DNA from: Vicugna vicugna
Lineage: Eukaryota
Reading direction: 5' to 3'
Length of the DNA: 64,000 nt
Assembly (NCBI GenBank): GCA_013265495.1
Contig: MU058717.1
Location: 1-64,000, forward strand
Shown here piece by piece: positions 11,530-23,380 of this stretch. Position 1 is the first letter of the stretch. Each line of letters opens with the position of its first letter. Made by a program: the position numbers and the translations under genes. The notes under the pieces are model-generated. The model worked only from the letters and a program-made list of their open reading frames with translations, searched no databases and had not been told where the DNA came from.

Positions 11530-12650
11530 GAGAGTTAAGAAAACAACAAATTTGACTACATCAATATCAAAGTTGACAAACACAAAGAGTCCAAAGGTAA
11601 ATAATAGCCTAGAAGTAAATATTTGATAAACAAGTTTATATTTGCAACGATATTCAATATCTTGTACCTAGAATGAAAAAAGAACATGAAAACAAATACA
11701 CGTATGTATATGTATGGCTGAACTATTATGCTGTGCACCAGAAACTGACACAAAATTGTAAACTGACATACTTCAATAATTTTTTAAGAAAAAAGAAAGA
11801 ATAAGTGAAAGTTAAACAAGCAAACAAAAAAGAAGTAAATATTTGAAATGATTATAACAAAGAAATAGAATGAAAAATATGTGAAGAATTTCTATAAATG
11901 AATAAGAAAAACAACCAAATTCCTAGAAAAAAATGAACTATGAATAGATGAGCAATCAAATAAGATATTATAGCAGATGGTCCATACAGACACATAAAGA
12001 GCTTCCACTCACTAGGTATAAGGAAAAAGCCACTTAAAGCAACCAGACACCATTTTTCATCCCTCAGAATGGCAGGAATTTGAAGTCTACAATAAAAACA
12101 CTCAGAGACTCTCATAGTTTGCTGATGGACGTGTAAATTGGTACGCCGCTTAGAAGAGTGATTTGGTTATGCCTAATAAAACTGAAAATTCACATAAGCC
12201 ATCGTTTAGCAATTTTCTTTCCAGATACAAAGAAGGGGCAAGATATTTGCCAGTGGGAACCTAATAATGTGGTAGGAGGTTTATTGTAAGATTGTTCCAA
12301 AGAGTCACAAATTGAAATCAATCAAAATGGCCCTCATTTGTGAAATGGTTAAATTTTCATACCTTGGTATGTTTCATATGCTATAAAAAATTAATTTACA
12401 TGAATCAACATGGAGACATATCATAGAAAAGTTTGTTGGAAAAATCAGATTGGTGATATAAATATGTAATATGAAGTCTTCATATTTATTTAAAAATCAC
12501 ACATAAAATGGCAAGCTGTTTATGGGTACATACCAGAGAAGACACACCAAATGTGTCTTCCTCCATAGAAGAGAAATTGAAAATGGGACTGGTAGTGTTG
12601 ACCATGGAAGCTGATGATTTATCTTCAAGATTTAATACTTAAAAACAAAA
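11530..12650 (+). mobile_element. Old L1 fragment with a nested short young L1 3' tail (about 11655-11830)
   Basis: A-rich L1 ORF2/3' motifs; the nested tail tgctgtgcaccagaaactgacaca...acttcaat also occurs at 16190-16245. Confidence 0.65.
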
Positions 12651-14144
12651 CAAATATAAGCTGCCCTCACTTTAGGTACATTTGTATCAGATGTTAGGGT
12701 AAAACAAATCTTTCTCTAATTTTCCTTCCAAAAGCCACAGCCAACAACATGGAGAGCAAGACACAGAAACTCAAAAGCCATCTTGTATGAAACTAGAAAT
12801 CATTCATACCCACTGGCTACAACATAGAACTGGAAATCAAATTTTCAAATTGGAGAAACGTGAAAGCGAACGGTTTGCAGCAGGAGATATTTATGAGCAG
12901 CCCTGCAGAATGTTTAAAAGTCTCACAAGTTAAGAAAGGGAAGGAGAAGAAGGTTGTTTCAAGATGGGTGCAGTTTTAATAGCTGTACAAAGAGCAGTCA
13001 GACTCCCAGGTCTGCACCCACATCTTAGGCATCTCCTAGAGAAGTTGGAGGCTTTGGTCTCTGGAAACTGGAAGGTATAGGAACCCCTAACTCAGCCATT
13101 CCAGGCACAGGGAGGGAACTGAGTCATGGCACTAACAACGGGAAGAACTGAAAAGTTCTTGTGAATAGTGAAGTCACCCAGTAGTCTTCCACTCTGACTA
13201 GAGCTTACCGTCAACTAGCTTCTCTAAAATCAAATATTTGGACCACAAGACTAATTTTTCTCTGAAAGCCTCCCAAGGTCTATATGGAAGAATCCAGTCT
13301 TGTTGCATATAACCCACTAGTTCTGCTTGCTGTTTTAAAACAGCATCTCCCCTTCCAATACTCCGAGTACATTTTGAACGTGTCCTACTCTGAATGACAG
13401 ATTTCTGTGTTCAATTCGCTTCTTCCTAGTCCCTTGGTTTCTCCCTTTTTTAAGAAGACTGTGGGAGAAATTTGCTTTCATGCAGACTCTTTTCAAATAG
13501 CTCTTCTTTCATGGAGGTTAGCTTGAGGGGGTATCTCTTCAAACCAAAGCAGGCCTTGACTTAGTCTTTCAAGGAACAGGCAATGTAGGTGTTGAGAAAC
13601 CACTTGGCCAGGTTTTAGGAACAAGGCTTGATTCCCAATTCTGCTGCTGACTCAGTCGGTGACATGGGGCACATTCCTTGACTCCTTTGTGTAATAAAGA
13701 GATAGTCCAGTTGACCTTTAAGTTTCCACTTTGTTCTGCTCTTTTACTAATGATTCATAGAAGCACCTTAGAGGGAAAGCCCCAGAAGCATGGGCCACTT
13801 CATCTAATTCAATGAAATCCCTGCGACAATAGGTTCTCCTCTTAATCTTTCAGCCTCATCTCAGCCCATCTTCTCCCATTGCTGTGGTCAGCTCGCAGGG
13901 CACCTGCTTTCCTGGTGATTGCAACTTATGAGTGTCCCAAGGAGTTCATCTAATAACACTTTCTCAGTATACAGATGGGGAAACTTGGGCCCAGAGAAAA
14001 GATGTGCCCAAGATCATATAGTAAGTCACTGGTGGATCTCGATATCTTTTATGTCCAAATCCCACATTCTTTTCTTTATTTTCAAGTTTATTTTTTTCAG
14101 ATTATATGGTGAAGATTTAGTGGGCTGTCAGATCTCCAGTTAGG

Positions 14145-14532
14145 ACCGAGGCAACCAGGTCATCACTTGCTGGGGTGTTGGCTGCTGACACTCCCAGCTG
14201 AGTCCCTCCCTGGGAATTTCCCTGGGCCACAGTGAGCTGTTTCATCCAAGGTTACACCCCATTCCCAGGGGCAACCTGTATCCACTGACTGGTTGATGTT
14301 GGGGTACAAAGGCATAGCTCCATAGTTTGATTGGGGGCACCTCTGAAGGGCTCACCCAGCTCCAGAGCTCCCCATGGGACTGACCGAGACTTCGCTGCAA
14401 CTGCATCACAATTCCACTTCTACCCAGCCCTGTGTCTCACCTCTCACAGATGCTGGTCCTCAGAATACTCCCCAGCAAACCTGCACGTAAGGATCTGCAT
14501 CTGAGACCGTTTCCCAGGGAACCTGACCTATG
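14145..14532 (-). mobile_element. MaLR/ERVL-type LTR (MLT1/LTR16-like) fragment
   Basis: Ends ...ctgcatctgagaccgtttcccagggaacctgaccta, typical of old MaLR LTR termini; strand and family uncertain. Confidence 0.5.
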
Positions 14533-14569
14533 GAAGATTATAAAAAATGATCATTGCTGCCCAAAATTC

Positions 14570-16165
14570 ATCAGTATTAAACACTGTTCTGCAAAAGACA
14601 ATGTCAAGCGAATGAGAAGACAAGCCACAGACTGGGAGCAAATATTTGCAAAAGACGGATCTGACAAAGAGCTTTTATCCAAAATATACAAAGAACTCTT
14701 AAAACTCAACACTAAGAAGTAAGTCAGGCAGAGAAAGACAAATATCATATGATATCACTTACATGTGGAATCTAAAAAAAAAAGATACAAATCTTATTTA
14801 CAAACCCAAAATAGACACACAGACATAGAAAACAAACCATGGTTACCAAGGGGAAAGGATGGAGAAAGGATAAATTAGGAGTTTGGGATTAACAGAAACA
14901 CATGACTATATATAAAACAGATAAACAACAAGGACCTACTGTGTAGCACAGGGAACTATATTCAATTTCTTATAATAACATATAATGGAAAAGAATCTGA
15001 AATATATATGTATATATACGTATAAGAGAATCCCCTTGCTGTGCAGCTGAGACTAATATTATAAATCAAATACACTTCAATAAAAATATTTTTTAAATAA
15101 AAAACACAACACAATGATAACAAGCAGCCCAATTTTAAAAATGGCCAAAGGGCCAAAGATTAACAGACAGCTCATCAAAGGAGATATTCAGATGGCAAAC
15201 GAGCATATGTAAATATGCTCCTTATTGCATGTCATCCAGGAAATGCAAATAAAAACAATGAGATATTAATACACATGTATTAGAATGACCCACATCTGGA
15301 ACTCTGACAACACCAAATTGCTGGCGAGGATGTAGGGCAGCAGGAACTGCCATATATTCCTTGTGGGAATGCAAAATGGCACAGCCCCTTTGGAAGACAA
15401 TTAGACAGTTTCTTACAAAACCAAATATACTCTTAGCGTACAATACAGCAATCATGCTCCTTTGGCACTTATCAAAAGGAGTAGAAAATTTATATCCCCA
15501 CAAAAAAAACTGCACACAGATGTTTTTAGCAGCTTTATTCATAGCTGCCAAAACTTGGCAAGCCACCAAGATGTCCTTCAGTAGGTAAATGGATAAATAA
15601 TTTGTGGTGCATTCCAGAGAATGGAATATTACTCAGCTCTAAAAAGAAATGAGCGCTCAAGCCATGAAAAGACACAAAGGAAACTTGAACACATATTAAT
15701 GACTAAGTGAAAGAAGCCAGTCTGAAAAGTCTACACATAACTGCATGATTTCAGCTGTATGATATTCTAGAAAAAACAAAACTCTGAAGACAGTAAAAAG
15801 GTCAGTGGTTGCCAGAGATTGGGGAGGAGGAAATGAGTAGGAGGGGCACAAAGGATTTTTAGGGCATTGAAAATACTCTATATGATAGTGTAATGATGGA
15901 TATACATTATTATACGTTTGTCCAAACCCAGAGACTGTACAATACTGAGAGTGAGCCCTGCTGTAAACTATGGACTTTGGGTGATTATGATGTGTCAGTG
16001 TCTGTGTATTAATTGTAACACATGCACCACTCTGGTGAGGAATATTGATAATGGGGAAGGCTCTGCTTGTGTTGGGATGGGAGGTATATGGGAAACCTCT
16101 GGACCTTCTTAATTCTGCTATGAGCCTCAGATTGCTCTAAAACAGTTAACTCTTTAAAAAAAAAA
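14570..16165 (+). mobile_element. L1M 3' ORF2/3'UTR with a nested younger L1 3' end (about 14720-15100)
   Basis: Translated remnants match L1 ORF2 (KRMRRQATDWEQIFAK; WECKMAQPLWKT); L1 3'UTR motifs; polyA at about 16156-16165. Confidence 0.85.
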
Positions 16166-18630
16166 GAATTGGGCTATGCATGACTGGAATATTGTGTTGT
16201 ACACCAGAAACGGACACATTGTAACTGACTCTACTTCAATGAAAAAAGAAAAGAACTGGGGAGTCAAAAGGGATTTCTGGACTCTTTAAATATTTTTTAA
16301 TCCATTGGTAAGAGTTTCATTTAAAAAAAAAAGTGATCGTTGTCAAACAATTGGGGAAATAGAAGGAAAAAAAAAACTGCCACCACTTCTTTAGCGTGGG
16401 TTCTGTGTGTAACCCAGGAGTTTCTCTCCTTCCAAGGCTTGGCCTCCTCACCCTGCAAGGTGATATGTGGGCTGGACTGTATTTCCCTGAGCCGGGGGGT
16501 CCTCAGTCTGGAATAGCCCTTGCTGGAGGAGAGGGAAGGGTGCGGCAGGATGGTCTAGTGAGGTCTTTGGCATTTCATGTTTCCCAAAATAATCCACATT
16601 ATAGTCACCCAAAGTCCATTAACACAACATGGTTGGGCCACCTGCTATGAATTGCAGATAATCTTTCTTTATTTGTCCACGTGTCCGGTGAATATTGGTT
16701 GGGCCAGGTGAGAGCCTGAAGGAGAAACAATGCTCAGAGAGTGCACAGGCTGAACGCACACAGAGAGAAACATTTTCCTAAACTGCTTGTAATTTGCAAA
16801 GCCATCCTCTCCACAAAGGAGCTGGTATGGATAGTCCTTCACAAAGCATCCCTTTTGTTCTTCTCGAATTGTGACTCCTGCAATCGACAGGGAATCAGAA
16901 ACAGCTTTTACAGAAAACCAGCCAAAGCTTCCACAGGACCCCGTGTACAGGCTCGTCCAAGTTCTCAGGTGGGCCTCTTGCCTCCTCTTCATCCTTTGGA
17001 GGGACAATGTGGCTTGTGTTTTCAGATCCAAGTGCATTTTTTCCTTGACTGTGATTATACTGTATATATAAATTCATATCCTCATTTCTCGTTCACATTA
17101 TAACACAATTTCCTAATGTCATACAAATTCCATGGATATCTTGACCTCATGAGAGCAGGACCACATCTGTTACCACGTCTGTTGGGTCTACCAACCTCAG
17201 GTACAACATGCACCAGGTGTGCAAAAGCGTCTCAGGAAACGATTGTTTTGCTGAACTCAGCTAATGGCCACGTTGTCGTCCTCTTCAGGGCTACGTCAAC
17301 ATTTCTGTAATGCCACTGGACAAACCAGTCATTTCTAGTTCTTGGTTTCTATTGTAGATATGTGTAGAGGTAAATTCTTGTGCATGAATCATTTTTTCTT
17401 TATTTCAGATTTCTCTGTTAGGTCAGACACTTAGATGGAATGTTTGGAATCAAAGACTTTAGATATTTTTAAGGGTTTTAACACAAATCATCCCCATTCT
17501 CTGCTTCCCTCTACAGCCTTTATGAAAATCAAATGAGACAGAAGATATAGATGATCGTGTTAAGAATGTACAGGGAGCCTGGCATACAGTCAGCCCTCAG
17601 GAAACTCTCCCCTCCTTCGAAAAAGCACATCACTCTCACGCAGAAAGATACGAACAAGTGTTCCTGGCAACGTGCCAGTCTGCCACCCAACGCAGGCAAC
17701 CTCTCAGTACTGACCCTCTCTCCTCCGTAAAGTGTGAGCTCTCCTAGGCATCTACAAAAAGGAGTGTCAGGCCTGTCAAACTTGAATGCGCACGAGAACC
17801 ATAAAATGCAGATTCTGATTCAGTAGGTCTTGGATGGAGCCAGAGATGCTGTGTTTCTCAAGCTTCTTTGGGTAGCTAGTATTTTCTTAGTCACTGAGAA
17901 AACATGTTTCTAAAGTCACAGACTATCAGAAATTAGACTTGAAATTATATCTGTAGGAATTCAACAACCCATTTTTACCTGAAGGATCTAAGTTACTTTG
18001 ACATAGAGAGGCAGCCTTGATTTCCAATCCAGGTACAGAGCTTTGACTAAGAGATTTCTTAACACATTTCATAACTAATTTGTAGTTTCCAAGGAAACAG
18101 GACACTGAGTTCACTTCACAGTCCTGATCTGATGTTGACCCACTGACTGCTGCTTTGCTTTGAGTCTATCAAAATTCTGCTTCATTTAAATTTCCCCCAA
18201 CCTCTACCCTTCCCACCAAATCATGTAACAGTTCTATCTTCAACTTTGTTGAGATGCTCCATCTTTCTCTTTGTATGTGATACCCTCATTGCAATGAACC
18301 AGCCCTTATGAGACTACAAGTTTGCTGGTGGTGGTTAGGCTGACTGGACTGAGTACTAGGAATTTTTCCAATTCATCTAAATTTTTAAATGTATTAACAT
18401 GATGTTGTTCATACTGCCTTATGTGTTTAATGTCTCTAGGATCTGTAGTGATGTCCACTTTTCATTTCTGATGATGATTATTTTGCCTTTTCTATTGTTT
18501 ATTTGACTGGTTTTGCCAGAGGTTAACTAACTATGAAAATCTTTTTAAAGAACCAGCTTTCAATTCTCAATTCAGTAAGCGGGGTATGGAGGCCATGTTT
18601 TGGCCACAATCTCATAAGGACACAGCTGTC

Positions 18631-19445
18631 TATTGCGGCCAAAACTCGGCCTCTGTACCCCGATTACTAAATTGAGACTTGAGGACAGAATTTTAGATGA
18701 AGTAGAAAAGGCAGCTGTATTTCTTTGCCAGGCAAAGGAGGTCACAGTGGGGTGATGCTTCCAAAACTGTGAGCCTGCTGGGGCGAGAAGACAAGGATTT
18801 TCCAGTAAAAGTCCAAGAGCTCAAGGGTGCTGGTTTTCACAGAGTTTGCATATAAGGTAACAAATTATTACAAAGTTATTCTTGCTTATGCAGATGCAAC
18901 AGTTCCCCTTCCTTCTGCTGGGTATGATGTTTTCCTCTGGCTTTAGAAATCTAATATTCTTGTGCCTAGAACGAAGTGTGCTTAGGAAAGGGGTCTGTGG
19001 AAAAGTGCACTATTGAAAAATTTGTACAGTTTAAAGTCAGGTTGGTATATGCTTGTAGCATTTTTAGACAGGCTGAGGCCTGGAACCTTTTGCTGCAGTG
19101 GTGACACAGGCTAGGACCTGCACCCTGAACAATAGAATACAAAGAAACCACAAGGGACTAAAAATAACTTCATGCATTCCCAGTTGGGGCAAGTTATGAA
19201 CAACAAGATACACAAAACAGAAACCGAAATGCCATTTCTGAGGTGTTGGAGGCAAAAGCATGGCACTGAGCATGATCCCCACGTGGTCACCCACGAAGGG
19301 GTTGGGCGGACCACCCAAGCGTCCCTCCTCCCCAGCTTAACCCTGGTTGGCAAGAGCATGAGAAAAGCCGTTTAAACTATTGTACAATTCAGCAGTTACA
19401 AATACCATATGGTCACCAAAGACAGTAGAGTCCTGCCCAGTTACA
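18631..19445 (-). mobile_element. Solo LTR inserted into a MER21-like LTR remnant (flank continues to about 19565)
   Basis: Termini tattgcggcc...ccagttaca; putative TSD ctgtc/ctatc (1 mismatch); downstream flank ggtcatacagaccaac...cacaagggtgtgaatacca is MER21-like. Confidence 0.55.
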
Positions 19446-20540
19446 CTATCACTCTGCAAAGTTTCTTGGTCATACAGACCAACTGTGCAAAATGTAAGAG
19501 GGGACCACACAAGGGTGTGAATACCAAGAGGAGAGGATCATTGGGAGTCAACGTGGAGTGTGGCTAAAATGAATAAAATTAAATGAATGAAATTAAAATT
19601 AACTGAATGGTTCTCCCTCCTTTCCTCCTCTCTGAAATGGTTAGTTTAATACATCTAGTTGCTGTTCTGGGAATATTGGTTGAAAGTAGTATGGGGTATT
19701 TTCTTAAACCACTGACATTTTCCAGAAAAAGACTGAATTATAATTTGGTTTTTTTTTTTTCTTTTCAATCATTACCTAATTCAGTTTCCTTTAGAGTGTG
19801 TAGCGCACAGAACAATGTGGAGCAGAGTCCCCTGCTCGGCTCTGTCCATAAGAATTCCGGCTCTTGTTATTTTTTTCTGCTCCAGCGAGTCAAGAACAAC
19901 ATCACCCTTATATGGTACTGGCCGACAGCATGTCATCAAGGTGACCAGCATGGCAATATTCTATTGTTGGGAAAGGCAGTCTCATGCATGCATCTTCCAC
20001 TGCAAAAGAATGGGCCTTGAACCTAGAATACTTACTTACCAAGAGATAAAGAGCCCACACAGCCCGTGCCAGACTTATCACCACCTGTGAAATATCTTTC
20101 CCTATTCCAAGCTCAATGTAGGCTCCTTTGTTTTGTATAAGTGTGTGCACTATGGCATCCGGCCAACCCTACTGACGTATCTTCCCTCCGTGGAGAGGGG
20201 ATGGGATCCTTCTACTGTGACATGAGAGGAGTGTATGTAGGTAAATGTCCAGCAGAGACTCACTGGCCAGGGGAGATCAAGGCCCACAATGGAAGCTGGT
20301 CTCGCTGTTTCATCTCTGCGGAGGTAAAACATCGTTTCATCCAATGCTTGACTACGCTGTGCTCTCTCGGAGACACTGATATGAACACACCATGGGCAGC
20401 AGTGTTTGGAGTCCTCCCTCAGGACTGATAGTGCGTGTTATTCAGCTCAATGTTTATTTTAATAGAGAGGAAATAGTGTCTTGGGAGAGAGAAGAAATGA
20501 AAGCGGTTCCAATCACCACAGAAGGCAAGTATCCACCATT

Positions 20541-20675
20541 TGTGTGTGTGTGTGTGTGTGTGGGCGGAGAGAGGTAATTAGGTTTCTTTATTTTTTTGAT
20601 GGAGGTACTGGGGATTGAACCAGGACCTCGTCCATGCTAAGCATGCACTCTACCACTGAGCTATACCCTCCCCCC
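20541..20675 (-). mobile_element. tRNA-derived SINE (Vic-1-like) with (CA)n tail
   Basis: ggaggtactggggattgaacc...gcatgcactctaccactgagctataccctccccc. Confidence 0.85.
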
Positions 20676-21005
20676 AAGTTGCCCCCATTTTGAACTTAAC
20701 ATGCCCCAGAAATGTGGCTATTCACACCCCATTACATGCCCCAATGCACTGTGAGAAATTGGTTTTTATCACCACTTTGCAAACAAAGAGATTAGGATGT
20801 AGGAGATGAAGTCATTTGTCCCAAACCATAGAGCCAATATTTTCAGACTCGTGATGTAAATTCATGCCCGTCCAGCCTCTAAGCCTCTTCCTTCCACTCC
20901 ATATCTGTAGGAGAGAGGCCTCTTATCCAACATTCCCTCCCATCTGACTCATACTCCCCAGTGAAACACAGAATCAAAATGTACAGAGAGAAAGATGCTC
21001 ATTCA

Positions 21006-21011
21006 TTTATT
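21006..21011 (-). terminator. SLPI: SLPI polyA signal (AATAAA)
   Basis: tttatt on the + strand, about 180 nt past the SLPI stop codon. Confidence 0.75.
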
Positions 21012-21190
21012 GCCCAATTAATAGACATCTCCTGGAAGCCTATTGGTGCCAAGCCTTTTTGCAAAGAAAATGTTGGTGGTAGAACCAGGTCTTCACCATG
21101 GAGTGCTCCAGTGAGCCAAGTCTGGGACTAGGAATGGAATTCCCAGGCCACACAAAGTAGAAATCCAGAGCCTCTTCCAAATGGCAAACA

Positions 21191-23317
21191 TCAAGCTGTG
21201 AGAGGGAATCGGATCAGAGCTTCAGCAGAGGAACGAGCCACATCATCTCCACGTTCTACCCTCAAGAAACCCCCCGAGATAGAGAAAATGGCAAGGTGTT
21301 GATATAGTTGAATGAGTCTTGGTATCAGGAGGCTGAGTCCAAGTTTCTATTTTACTAGAAAACTCTAAAGTCAGAGAACTGAGCTAGCCTCTCCTCAAAA
21401 CCCATTGATCCTTTGGGCTTTGATCCTAGACAACTTACTGGATATAACCTTAATAATACAACCTTAGTGCTCGCAGGGCTTTTCACAATGCACTTTCAAT
21501 TGCATTAGGGCCCTTTTACAGATAAGGAAACTGAGACTCAGAGTCACTTGCCCAGGGCCCTTACCCAGAGGGGCTGGAGTAGAATCCAAGCCATGAGTGA
21601 TCTGAGGGAAATCCTTGCCCTGAGGCTTGGGGAACAGTGCTCTTGAAAGACAAGGGAGTCAGGCAGAGGCTCTGCTGGAGTAGGGATCAGGAGTCCCCCT
21701 GCTTACATGCCTGGAATTCCGGAGTGTTGAGACTGAGAGACTGGAAGGAGAGAGGTCAGCTGCCCCAGCCCCTCCTTACCTCTCACAGGGGAGACGCAGA
21801 CTTTCCCGCACGTGCTCCTGCAGCACTTTAAGTTATCCAGACACTGGCCATCTGTCTCACAGTGGTTGGCGGGGTTAAGTATCAGACATTGACCCTGGAC
21901 CACTGGACACTTCCCAGGCTTTTTCTTAACTGGTGAGAGTAGAGTTATGGGTTAGAAGCTTTGCACCTTCTACAACACCCCCCTGCTCCTTGGACCCAGC
22001 CCCTGCCCCAGCCTGAGCACAGAGAATCATTGCCTCCCATCCTCATGACCACCATGTCCTTCCTGAGGCCCGGGTACCCCTTGAAGTTAGCATCTGGCTC
22101 TTCTCTAACATCAGGCCCTCAGCCAATGCAGGTGACCAGGTGTCCAGTGCGGACCGGATCTGTGACTGCCAACTGCCTAGTTATCTAAATGACCAGATGA
22201 CTATGACCTGAACAACTGACCTCCCGGCAGATTGGCTGCTTCACCAGCTAGGTAAGTAATTTCCTCTCTGGGGCAGTATGACTCCCTGACCAGCTAACAA
22301 ACTTGGCTCAACAATTCTTGGCCAGGAGGAGGCCTGGACTCGACCCTGTCCCCACCACCACCCCGATGCCATGTCCTTTGTCTCACTTCACTAGCTCTCC
22401 CACCTCCTCACCTGGGTTCAGGATGTCAACAGGGTCCAGGCATTTGAGTTCACAAGTATCCAGGCAACATTTCTTCTTCCCTGGGCACTGCCAGTCACTC
22501 CTGCACCTGGGTTTCTCATATTTAGTCACTCTGAGGCACTGGGCAGGATTTCTAAGAGGGCAGGCTCCGGCTTTCAAAGCTTTGGAAGAGATGTACAAGA
22601 GTTCAGGATGGGCCTGGGTCTTGAGTAGCCATCACGGCTCCTGGACAAAGCACCGCTTTCCAGGAGTGGCCCCCACCCAGCTGACTGTCCCCTAAGTCCA
22701 AAGGAAAGCCCCTGTCTGACTTCCATAACAGCCTTAACAGCCTTGGTTAAACCACACGAGTGGTCATGAGAAAGGCATAGGGCCCCCAGCCAAGGTTTTC
22801 TACCCCAGGAAAAAGCCAGGTTACACACAGACAGAGAGGCAGGCTGGGCATGATGGAGATGGGGAGAAATAAACAAAGATAAACAGAAGCGACGGGCAGG
22901 TGGAGAGCTAGAGCCAGAGGCAGGAAAACAGAGACTAATGGAGAGAATCAGACTGATGACTGGAGAGCCACAGACAGGTTACTGGGAGGGAGAGAGAAAT
23001 AAGAACAGAATGGGAGTGAGACCTGGGCTGATAGATGACGAAGTAAGAGAAGCATTTCCAGATGCTCAGAAGCCCTCTCAGAGACCTTGGTGCCTGGATG
23101 GACATGAACGCACTGTCAGGGACATCTGAAACTAAGCTGAGAGAGTAGAGTTTAGAGAAGGGGCCATCCCCACACCACTGGGAGCCTTGGACTCCAACCC
23201 TGCAGCCAAGATCATCAGGGGTGACTCCAGCTTACCTTTTTCAGCACTTTCCACAGCCCAAGGTGCCAGAGTACCCAGGGCAAGAAGCACGAAGGGGAAG
23301 AGGCTACTGGACTTCAT
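21191..23317 (-). CDS. SLPI: Secretory leukocyte protease inhibitor (antileukoproteinase), 134 aa; exons 23317-23236, 22579-22412, 21929-21780, 21195-21191
   Basis: Signal peptide MKSSSLFPFVLLALGTLAPWAVE; two 8-Cys WAP domains (...SDWQCPGKKKCC...; KPGKCPVVQGQCLILNPANHC...CVSPVRA*); all introns phase-1 GT-AG; 405 nt total; syntenic with MATN4. Confidence 0.96.
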
Positions 23318-23356
23318 GGTGAGCGCGAGGGTGGCTCTGATGGCCAAACCTCCCTG

Positions 23357-23380
23357 TTTATATTTCACTAGTGGGTGTGG
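23357..23380 (-). promoter_or_regulatory. SLPI: SLPI core promoter: TATA box (23362-23357) and CACCC box
   Basis: Minus strand reads CCACACCCACTAGTGAAATATAAA about 40 nt upstream of the ATG. Confidence 0.8.

Noticed and set aside
14432..15588. ORFs with L1 ORF2 similarity as genes
   Set aside because: Short, interrupted remnants of a dead L1
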